Below are positions 41,868-49,710 of a stretch of DNA of 64,000 nt, piece by piece. Position numbers and translations under genes: made by a program. Positions within the stretch are counted from its first letter, which is position 1, and every line of letters starts with the position of its first letter. The stretch is from assembly GCA_963790475.1 (NCBI GenBank), contig CAWBOS010000001.1:64001-128000 (forward strand), given 5' to 3'. The notes under the pieces were generated by a model. It ran no database searches. It was not told the DNA's origin and worked only from the letters and a program-made list of their open reading frames with translations. Origin of the DNA: an uncultured delta proteobacterium. Its GTDB lineage: Bacteria; Desulfobacterota; RBG-13-43-22.

Positions 41868-41967
41868 TGATTGCTGAAAGCAATCCCAGTGAAATGGAAA
41901 CGGTGAAAAATATCGTTCTGAGCATTCTGAACAGGAGCAGACAATCGTGACGGCGTGCGCCGGCTCA

Positions 41968-42125
41968 CCGGATTTCATGTTCCAGATCACCAAGGATGAA
42001 ATGGAGTCTTTGATATTCCAATTTGGAATATCAAAGACGAGCGGACGTGGAGGCCGTAGATACTTGCCATATGCTTTCACCGAGCAGGGAGTTGCCATGC
42101 TCTCTGATGTTTTGAATAGTGATCG
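41968..42125 (+). pseudogene. ORF6N-domain protein, central fragment
   Basis: [35 protein letters not shown]. Confidence 0.8.
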
Positions 42126-42155
42126 AAAAGCAGATGATAGTGAGGCCGGAGGAAG

Positions 42156-42536
42156 ATGTTAGGTAAGGAAGTGCGGCATTTCAAGGACTTGATGGTTTGG
42201 CAAAGGAGTCATCAATTATTTCTTGATGTTGTACGGGACATTGAGAGCTTCAAGAAAGATGTGGTTTTAAGAATAATAATTGATCAGATCATTAGAAGTA
42301 TAGGCTCGATAAGTTCAAACATCGCCGAGGGATTTAACTCAAGGACGACAAAGCAGTATTTGAGCTTTCTTGATATTGTCCGAAGGTCCGCAGCGGAAAG
42401 TGAAAACTGGTTTTATAAACTAAGGGATATCGGTCAATTGGAACAAGATAAAGCCGAAACGAGAATAAACGAATGTGTGAAAATAAATAAAATGCTTTAC
42501 GGCCTGATGAACAGTTTGAAGAAAAAAATTCACTAA
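42156..42536 (+). CDS. Four-helix-bundle protein (23S rRNA IVS protein / bAvd-like family)
   Basis: [38 protein letters not shown]. Confidence 0.9.
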   Translation: MLGKEVRHFKDLMVWQRSHQLFLDVVRDIESFKKDVVLRIIIDQIIRSIGSISSNIAEGFNSRTTKQYLSFLDIVRRSAAESENWFYKLRDIGQLEQDKAETRINECVKINKMLYGLMNSLKKKIH

Positions 42537-42773
42537 CATCTGTATTTTTAATTGGAGGACCTAACATCTTCTCACTGACATCTGCATTTTGGGGTCTCAA
42601 AGAGAAGCAGGCCCGATACGGCAGGGGAAAAGGCAGACTAAAGGATTAGATTTTGACTGACTGTTTTTATCAATATTTTAGTTTTTACCTTCAGCCTTCA
42701 GTCTTCAGTTCCCTGTTTTCCACAGACGAAATGACCAAACAGACCATATGACTTAGTAACATCAATATTGATG

Positions 42774-44165
42774 TGTTGCCTAAAGTTGAAAACTGCATAG
42801 TTTAAAATTCAAAAGTGCATAGGGAACAAGTCAATATTTTTAAGTTTTTGGACATCGATCAATTTAGTTTTTGACCAGAATCTGACCTCCGATAGTATCC
42901 TGTTCAGGGGATAGATACGGAGGGTAACCTTTTCCAAAGGGACAGCCCCGTCAATTTTAATCTGTAAACCATTGACAGATATTTTTCTATAAGCATCGAT
43001 GGTTCTATCAACTCTAAGGCAAAAGATATCTTTAGGACTGCGCCAAGGAGGCCTGATCTGGAAAGATCGGAAGAGGGATTTGTTTTCCTTAAGGGCTCTT
43101 TGGAAACGCAGATAAGGGATTTCCTGGGTGGTAGAATGAACCTGGCGGTAATTATAGCGATACAGTTCCCGATTTAAGATTTGTTGGGCTTTTTTAGTGT
43201 CGGTGACTTCTTCGCGAACCAAAGATCTGACCAGGCGATCCTGGAGCCATCCGTAGGGGCGCTCGATCTTGCCTTTGGCTTGGGGAGATAAAGCGTAGGT
43301 GACTTTAACTTGACAATCGTCTAAGACTTGTTTCCATTGGGGGGAGACTTGGTCGGTAAGTTTATAGTGATTACGCCAAAGGGAATCCCGGCCTTGAACA
43401 AAGCGGAAGATAGAATGGGAATCCACGTAATAAGTAAAGGGGCAACCGTATTTGAGGATTACCGACTGAAGGGCCGAGATATGAGCCCAAGAGGTTTCTT
43501 TTTTGATCAGGGCGGCATAAAGGATATAACGGCTGAAATCGTCCAATGAAGTGATGAGGTGCCATTTTTCTTGGGCAGCCGGAGACCAGAGGTGGTAAGA
43601 AGAGTCATGTTGGATAAGTTCTCCAATGTAATTGGTCAAGACTTCTCGGTCATGACTGGCCTTTTTCTGTTTTTTAGGCAGGTAAAAATCATTCTTTTTG
43701 GCCCTATCGATAATGGTAGGAAGGGAGACCTGTTGTTTATATTTTTGGGCTAATAGGTCCCGGATGTAACTGTAGTTATAGGTTCTCAGGGGGACATTGG
43801 GGTTTTGGATGATTTTTTGTTCGGTCTTGAGTTCTTTGATGATGTTTTTTTCGGCTGCCTTAGGAATTTTGGGGTTGGAGATGCGATGGTATTGGATGGT
43901 GAAATTTTGAGGGTCTTCTTTGTATTTTTTAAGTAAATCAAAAAACCTTCTTTCTTTGATGCCGAAAAGTTCCTGGAGATGTTTTCTGTCTACTTGTTGG
44001 TTTGTGTAGCGTTGCATCAATTCTCTTACCTGTTCATCGGTAAATGTTTTGTGGATCTGGACCATACCCTGAAACCTCCGTTTTCTTCAGAGTATGGCTT
44101 TTTAGGTATGCAGTTTTGAACTTTAAATCCACTTAAACCTATGCACTTTTCAACTTTAAATGACA
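42774..44165 (-). mobile_element. IS1202-like (ISNCY) element with a 17-bp target duplication
   Basis: TGT...ACA ends, imperfect ~27-bp TIRs with repeated subterminal aaa(a/g)(c/g)tgcatag-like boxes, and taacatcaatattgatg at both 42757-42773 and 44166-44182. Confidence 0.88.
42809..44065 (-). CDS. DDE (integrase-core) transposase
   Basis: GELIQHDSS, LDDFSR, YYVDSHSIF, SPQAKGKIER..WLQDRL. Confidence 0.9.
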   Translation of the reverse strand: MVQIHKTFTDEQVRELMQRYTNQQVDRKHLQELFGIKERRFFDLLKKYKEDPQNFTIQYHRISNPKIPKAAEKNIIKELKTEQKIIQNPNVPLRTYNYSYIRDLLAQKYKQQVSLPTIIDRAKKNDFYLPKKQKKASHDREVLTNYIGELIQHDSSYHLWSPAAQEKWHLITSLDDFSRYILYAALIKKETSWAHISALQSVILKYGCPFTYYVDSHSIFRFVQGRDSLWRNHYKLTDQVSPQWKQVLDDCQVKVTYALSPQAKGKIERPYGWLQDRLVRSLVREEVTDTKKAQQILNRELYRYNYRQVHSTTQEIPYLRFQRALKENKSLFRSFQIRPPWRSPKDIFCLRVDRTIDAYRKISVNGLQIKIDGAVPLEKVTLRIYPLNRILSEVRFWSKTKLIDVQKLKNIDLFPMHF

Positions 44166-44166
44166 T

Positions 44167-44184
44167 AACATCAATATTGATGTT
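44167..44184. promoter_or_regulatory. Perfect 18-bp palindrome, probable TA autorepression operator
   Basis: aacatcaat|attgatgtt, ending 8 bp before the toxin ATG. Confidence 0.65.
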
Positions 44185-44192
44185 GAATAATT

Positions 44193-44546
44193 ATGGAATT
44201 CAGTGTAGAATTTTATAAAACCAAATCGGGCGGTTGCCCTGTGCAGGAATTTTTAGATGATCTTAAGGAAAAGGACCCTGACGATTTTTCCATAATTCTT
44301 GCTGGGTTAGCCAAACTTCGCCGGAGGGATTATCACTGGCCGCCCTTATCAAAGCCAATAGGAGAAGAACTTTTTGAACTACGCCATGTAGGTAAGCTGA
44401 ACACCCGCGTCATCTATTTTTTTATGAAAGGTCGCAGGATCATTGCCGTCCACGGGATTCGGAATAAGGCAAGAAAGATTTCAGAATCAGATTTTAAGAT
44501 CGCCAAGTCGCGTAAAGAAGACTGGGAGAAGAGAAATTCGCGATGA
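44193..44546 (+). CDS. RelE/HigB-like type II toxin
   Basis: VEFYKT..G.CPVQEFL, SKPI..ELFELR, RVIYFF; toxin-first order. Confidence 0.85.
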   Translation: MEFSVEFYKTKSGGCPVQEFLDDLKEKDPDDFSIILAGLAKLRRRDYHWPPLSKPIGEELFELRHVGKLNTRVIYFFMKGRRIIAVHGIRNKARKISESDFKIAKSRKEDWEKRNSR

Positions 44547-44929
44547 AAAGAAAAACTAATTTTGATCGATACCTTGAGGAACAATTAAAAGATAAAGATT
44601 TTGCCGGTCGATTCAGAAAGGCCGGCCAGGCCTGGGATGTGGCCCTGCAATTGACCGCTTTGCGAAAAAAAGTCGGTCTGTCTCAGAAGGAGCTGGCTCA
44701 AAAAGTGGGAACCTCACAGCAGCAAATCAGCAGGCTGGAGTCCACTTCCTACGAGGGGCATTCCTTAAGCATGCTGCGCAGGGTGGTGGAAACCCTGGGA
44801 GCGACAGTCAAGGTGGAAATTGAGTACAAGAAGAGTCCAGAGCTGTTTCCCGTGGCTGAAAAAAAGGCTTCTTATGGAGTCAAGAAACCGGCTCATGGCC
44901 CTGCCAGTCAAGCAGACCAGATAGACTAA
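44543..44929 (+). CDS. HigA-like XRE antitoxin
   Basis: LRKKVGLSQKELAQKVGTSQQQISRLE; ATGA overlap with the toxin. Confidence 0.88.
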   Translation: MKRKTNFDRYLEEQLKDKDFAGRFRKAGQAWDVALQLTALRKKVGLSQKELAQKVGTSQQQISRLESTSYEGHSLSMLRRVVETLGATVKVEIEYKKSPELFPVAEKKASYGVKKPAHGPASQADQID

Positions 44930-44994
44930 ATGGACCTGATGGACAAAACAGACCATATGACCAAATAGACCAGATAATAACATTGGAGTTTAAT

Positions 44995-45151
44995 CCCTTG
45001 AACCCTGGAACGGCTCGGCTGAGCCTTTTCGATCAACTCAAGGCCCTGAGCGGACTCGACCTGAGCCGTTTCGAAAAACTCAAGGCCCTGAACATGTCGA
45101 AAGGCTCGCCGATGGTCATGTCGATGGGCTCGCCGCAAGCCCTTGAACCCT
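44995..45151. repeat. Nested TTCGA..CTCAAGGCCCTGA..TGTCGA repeat flanked by cccttgaaccct direct repeats
   Basis: Two copies of ttcga..aactcaaggccctga and two of catgtcga..ggctcgccg, arranged one inside the other. Confidence 0.7.
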
Positions 45152-45351
45152 GTTTTATCAAGCCTGGTCCGTGAAGCAAACCAATAAGACCCTATTTTTT
45201 AATCAAGAAAAGATGGGGTTTTTGTTTTGGAGTGGATGATAAAAGGGAGTAGGGTAATCGGGTAAAATCTAAACCAATCGGCCAAATGGGAGCAAATAAC
45301 TTGATTCAGAAAACTCATCCCTTGTCAAAGAGTGCATCATCGTATTAACGC

Positions 45352-46071
45352 ATGAAGTCTGATCGCATAAAAAACTGGCCGAAAGCAGAGCGGCCACGGG
45401 AAAGGCTGCTGGCCGAAGGGGCCGACAAGCTCACCGAGGCAGAGTTGCTTGCCATTATCTTACGCGTAGGGCAAGGCACGTTCAAGGAAGGTGTGTTGGG
45501 GCAGAATGCCTCCGATTTCGCCCGTACAATTCTGAAGGACTTTCATGGTCTCCGCGGACTGGATCGCGCTCACGTTCAGGATCTGCTGAAAGTGCCCGGC
45601 CTCGGACCCGCAAAAGTCGCTCAAATCAAAGCCGCTTTTGAACTCGGGAAAAAGGTCTGCGCTGGGAAACTGACAGTTCCTTCTTTCGAGTCCTCCCAAG
45701 CAATAGCCAACCACTTTCGCCCCCGTTTCAAGGGAAAACGCCAGGAGATAGTTACTGCCGTCTTTCTGAACGGACAGAACCAGCGTGTTGACGTAAAAGA
45801 CATCACCGAAGGGACCCCGACCCAAGCCACTGTCTATGTCCGCCGGGTCATTGAGGAAGCCCTCCGCCTCTCAGCGGCCGCGGTGGTTCTGGTCCACAAT
45901 CACCCGTCCGGCAATCCTGAACCCTCCGCCGGCGACGATGAAACTACGCGCGATCTGTTGAAGGCGTGCAAACTGGTCCAACTGGTCTTGCTCGATCACG
46001 TGATTGTCGGTGAGATCGAATATTACAGTTACTCTGACTCCGGTCGACTTAAGGAGCTTGAAAACGAGTAG
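45352..46071 (+). CDS. radC: RadC-family JAB-domain protein
   Basis: ERPRERLL, ELLAIILR, HhH GLGPAK, HNHPSG..PS..D, LLDHVIV. Confidence 0.93.
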   Translation: MKSDRIKNWPKAERPRERLLAEGADKLTEAELLAIILRVGQGTFKEGVLGQNASDFARTILKDFHGLRGLDRAHVQDLLKVPGLGPAKVAQIKAAFELGKKVCAGKLTVPSFESSQAIANHFRPRFKGKRQEIVTAVFLNGQNQRVDVKDITEGTPTQATVYVRRVIEEALRLSAAAVVLVHNHPSGNPEPSAGDDETTRDLLKACKLVQLVLLDHVIVGEIEYYSYSDSGRLKELENE

Positions 46072-46081
46072 AGGGAGATTT

Positions 46082-48331
46082 ATGGCTAAAAAGAAACTGG
46101 AACCCCAGCCCTATGTTAAACCGGACCAACTCCAGATCCGTGGTAACGAAATATTCAGCCCTATTCGCCAAAAATACGTGCCGCTAACACCCGAAGAAAG
46201 GGTGAGACAGGAGTTTCTTTTCGTCTTGATCAACGAATACGGTTATTCCCTAGATCAGATTGATGAAGAGACTCCGGTGACCAGCCGTGGTTCCGCACAA
46301 GCCCGCGCCGATTTTCTTATCTGGAGGACGCCCGACGCCAAGAAGCGACAGGAACACGCCTTGATAGTCATCGAATGCAAGGCTGACAACGTAACCATCT
46401 CCTTAAAAGACTATGTTCAGGGCGCTAACTATGCACAGTATGAACACGCACGGTTCTTTGTCACTCATAACCACCGCGAGACCAAATACTGGAAAGTGGA
46501 TGATAACCGGCGGATGCCGAACTATGATGAGATCGAGAACATACCCCATGCTGATGCAACAGACAAGGATATCACGGAATTACTGGCTCGTCTGAAGGTC
46601 TTCAAGGAGGACGAATTCGCCGATCTCCTCCATCAATGCCACAATGTCATCCGTAACCGAGAAAAAAAGGATCCTGCCGCTGCTTTTGACGAAATTGCAA
46701 AGATACTGTTCGTTAAAGTGGATATCGAGCGCCGCCTTCGCAAAGGAAAAGTCCGAAAGAATCTTTTCACTGCTGAATTCCTTGATGATCAGAGGGAATT
46801 ACATGATGATCCGATGAACGTCCTCTTCAAACAGACCAAAGAGGACTACAAAACAGATAAAATTTTCGATCCCGAGGAAACTATTAATCTGAAATTTAAC
46901 ACTGCCCGTGAAATCGTTAAGCTTCTGGAGAGATACAATCTTTCCGATACAAGTGAGGACATAAAAGGGATTGCTTTCGAGCGCTTTCTCGGAAGAACAT
47001 TCCGTGGAGATATTGGGCAATTCTTCACTCCCCGGACCATCGTTGAATTCATGGTTCGCATGTTGGATCCAAAGGAAGGCGATATTATTTGTGATCCTGC
47101 GAGTGGTTCTGGGGGTTTTTTAATCCGGTTTTTTGAAATTGTCCGTCAGCAAATCCTTGCTGATGCTGACCGCCAGTATCAGGAATTCAAGGTAGAAATC
47201 GAAGCAAAGTCAAATCTATCAAAAGAGAAGAAGGCGGAAATTCTTCGTAATAAATACGATGAGATCCAGGAAACATTGGATCCCCAAAGGCGAGGATCTC
47301 GACTTTGGAGCCTGGCCAACCAATATATTTTTGGCACAGATGCCAATGATCGTATGGCACGGACCAGTAAGATGAACATGATCATGCATGGAGATGGCCA
47401 CGGCGGTGTTCATCATCACGACGGGTTCATCAACGTCAACGGCATCTTCGAGGGCCGTTTTAATATCATTCTTACCAATCCTCCTTTTGGTTCCAGCGTC
47501 GAGGAGTCCGACATAATTCTTGAATCTGATACCACTACTGATGAAGAGGCAGAGCGCCTCTATAGTCGTGAGTTTGGTAAATTGTATTCTGAAGCCCAGG
47601 CCAAGGTAAGAGCCTCAAGAGGTAAGCCCATTGCTTCACTTTTCGAACTTTCAAAGGACAACAAAGGAAAAGTTGGCAAGGTCAAAACAGAGATTCTCTT
47701 CATTGAGCGATGTCTCTCATTATTAAAACCGGGAGGGAGGTTGGGAATTGTCCTACCTGAAGGGATATTCAATAACCCTTCGCTTGACTATGTTAGAGAA
47801 TTCTGTGAGGACCGCGCCTATATCAGAGCCGTTGTAAGCCTGCCACAAGAAACCTTTTTCTCAATTGGTGCCAGCGTGAAGGCCTCACTTCTTTTTATGC
47901 AGAAGTTCACCGAAAAAGAGAAGGCCGATCTCGATGCCAAGCAGGCCGAAGCCAACGTCGAGGTGAAGGCGAGGTATGACAACGCCATTACTAACGAGAC
48001 TGCGAGTCTGGAGTCGGCGATAGCGGCAGCCAAGGAAGCACGGGATACAGAAAAGCGAAAGATACTTCAAAAAGAATTGGCTGACTATGAGAAGCGGATG
48101 GCCGGGATCATCCTAAATGAAACCCGCGCCTTACTAAAAGAGAGATTTCCCTATCCTATCTTTCTCTACAAGGCCGAAAAGGTAGGTATTACCGCTACAG
48201 GGGAACAGGACCAAAACGAGCTGGTTCCCAACGATAACCAACCGTCGGGCATTATGAAGACGTGCATAGAGCTTTATCGGGAGTTCCGGCGCAATCCCAA
48301 GCAGTTCTTTTTGACGGAGGCAACAGAGTGA
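46082..48331 (+). CDS. Fused restriction endonuclease (HsdR_N-like) and N6-adenine DNA methyltransferase
   Basis: TPEERVRQ, ADF..VIECK (PD-D/ExK), GQFFTPR, DPASGSGGFL (motif I), NPPF (motif IV); start at the ATG after ggag. Confidence 0.9.
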   Translation: MAKKKLEPQPYVKPDQLQIRGNEIFSPIRQKYVPLTPEERVRQEFLFVLINEYGYSLDQIDEETPVTSRGSAQARADFLIWRTPDAKKRQEHALIVIECKADNVTISLKDYVQGANYAQYEHARFFVTHNHRETKYWKVDDNRRMPNYDEIENIPHADATDKDITELLARLKVFKEDEFADLLHQCHNVIRNREKKDPAAAFDEIAKILFVKVDIERRLRKGKVRKNLFTAEFLDDQRELHDDPMNVLFKQTKEDYKTDKIFDPEETINLKFNTAREIVKLLERYNLSDTSEDIKGIAFERFLGRTFRGDIGQFFTPRTIVEFMVRMLDPKEGDIICDPASGSGGFLIRFFEIVRQQILADADRQYQEFKVEIEAKSNLSKEKKAEILRNKYDEIQETLDPQRRGSRLWSLANQYIFGTDANDRMARTSKMNMIMHGDGHGGVHHHDGFINVNGIFEGRFNIILTNPPFGSSVEESDIILESDTTTDEEAERLYSREFGKLYSEAQAKVRASRGKPIASLFELSKDNKGKVGKVKTEILFIERCLSLLKPGGRLGIVLPEGIFNNPSLDYVREFCEDRAYIRAVVSLPQETFFSIGASVKASLLFMQKFTEKEKADLDAKQAEANVEVKARYDNAITNETASLESAIAAAKEARDTEKRKILQKELADYEKRMAGIILNETRALLKERFPYPIFLYKAEKVGITATGEQDQNELVPNDNQPSGIMKTCIELYREFRRNPKQFFLTEATE

Positions 48332-49710
48332 ATGCGACGCACACACCATCCCGCGCCTTTGCCGTTTGGTGGAAGGAATTCGATCGCTGGAGTGTAAGCT
48401 ATTTTCAATCTGGACGGTGGTATTGGCCACAGAGTCTTTTGAACCGTGTGGACGAATTTACGAAATCAGAAGCAATCCCAATCACGGTTAGTGAAGCTCA
48501 AAAACAGAATATCCCAATTATCTCGAAAATAAATTTCGGCGGCGAACTCTTCCTTCGCAATAGTAAAGATTACCCTAATTACAAAGGCCGTTTATTTCTG
48601 GTAAATCCTAATCGTTTTATCTTTTCCAAGATAAACGCGAAGCGTGGTTGTATTTACTATTCGCCAGAAAACCAGAAACCGTTTGCTGTGAGTTCAGAGT
48701 ATCCAGTTTTAAAGTTAGATACCAAAAAGATTTTAGGCGATTACTTTAATCTGGCTATGCGTGTGGGCCCTGCTCGTGAGGGCTTGGTCGGCTCCGCTGC
48801 TGGTATGGCAAAAGCCCGGACTAATCTTGAAGATTTTAAGAATATTCAAATACCACTTCTTTCGCTGGCCGAGCAAAAGGCCATTGTCTCACGCTGGCGA
48901 AAAGCGCAGGACGAAATCGCCGCCGTCCGTGATCGCGTGAAAAAGCGAAAATCAACGATTGATGTTCGGTTCTTAGGTGACTTGGGCTTGCGGTCGCCCG
49001 CACAAGGTTCTATACCCAAAGCCTTTGCTGTTTGGTGGCAAGATTTTCTCCGTTGGGGGGTCGGTTTCAATTTCCTTTGCCAGAGCGGTGCTGATCTGAC
49101 GCGAGGCAAGTATCCAGTTTTCGAACTAGGTGCGCTCCTCGAATTAATTCAATACGGAACAAGCGAAAAGGCAAACACTAACGCCGATGGCGTAGCAGTT
49201 ATTCGAATGAATAATATTCTTGATGGCGAACTCGATCTCAGAAATCTTAAACATCTACAGCTTTCCAAGAATGAGAGAGAAAGACTGCTTTTGAAGGATG
49301 GAGACATACTTTTCAATCGCACGAACAGCAAAGAACTAGTCGGAAAATGTGCCGTGTTTCATGCTCAGGGGGAATACGTCTTCGCTTCCTACCTTATTCG
49401 TATTCGAGCGGATTCCTCCAAAGCTAATCCCGATTTCTTAGCCTACGTTATTAACTGTCCAATCGGCCGGCAACAAATCAACGCTCTCAGTCGACAGATT
49501 ATCGGGCAGGCCAACGTCAATAGTGTTGAACTTCGCGGCCTGCAAATTCCACTCCCACCGCTAAGCGTGCAAAAACAAATCATGGAACGGGTGGCGGCGG
49601 GGCGTGCCGAAATCGCCCGCGAGCGAGAAGCCGCTGACCACCTCGACCAAGAAATCAAAGCTGAAATCGAAGCCCTGATTTTAGGCACGAAGAAAGTGAG
49701 TGATTTATGA
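48328..49710 (+). CDS. HsdS-like specificity subunit (two TRDs)
   Basis: GTGA overlap; duplicated conserved regions (AFAVWW twice; IPLLSLAEQKAI / IPLPPLSVQKQI); GDILFNRTNS. Confidence 0.9.
   Translation: MNATHTPSRAFAVWWKEFDRWSVSYFQSGRWYWPQSLLNRVDEFTKSEAIPITVSEAQKQNIPIISKINFGGELFLRNSKDYPNYKGRLFLVNPNRFIFSKINAKRGCIYYSPENQKPFAVSSEYPVLKLDTKKILGDYFNLAMRVGPAREGLVGSAAGMAKARTNLEDFKNIQIPLLSLAEQKAIVSRWRKAQDEIAAVRDRVKKRKSTIDVRFLGDLGLRSPAQGSIPKAFAVWWQDFLRWGVGFNFLCQSGADLTRGKYPVFELGALLELIQYGTSEKANTNADGVAVIRMNNILDGELDLRNLKHLQLSKNERERLLLKDGDILFNRTNSKELVGKCAVFHAQGEYVFASYLIRIRADSSKANPDFLAYVINCPIGRQQINALSRQIIGQANVNSVELRGLQIPLPPLSVQKQIMERVAAGRAEIAREREAADHLDQEIKAEIEALILGTKKVSDL

Noticed and set aside
42156-42536. 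Diversity-generating retroelement (Avd-like gene)
   Set aside because: No reverse transcriptase is present and I saw no TR/VR pair with adenine-specific mismatches.
46004-46081. ORF-track N-terminal extensions (also 48262-48327, 17759-17851, 61070-61156)
   Set aside because: They overlap neighbouring genes or lack homology. Downstream starts have SD sequences, or in the RAYT case the homology begins only at ~61157.
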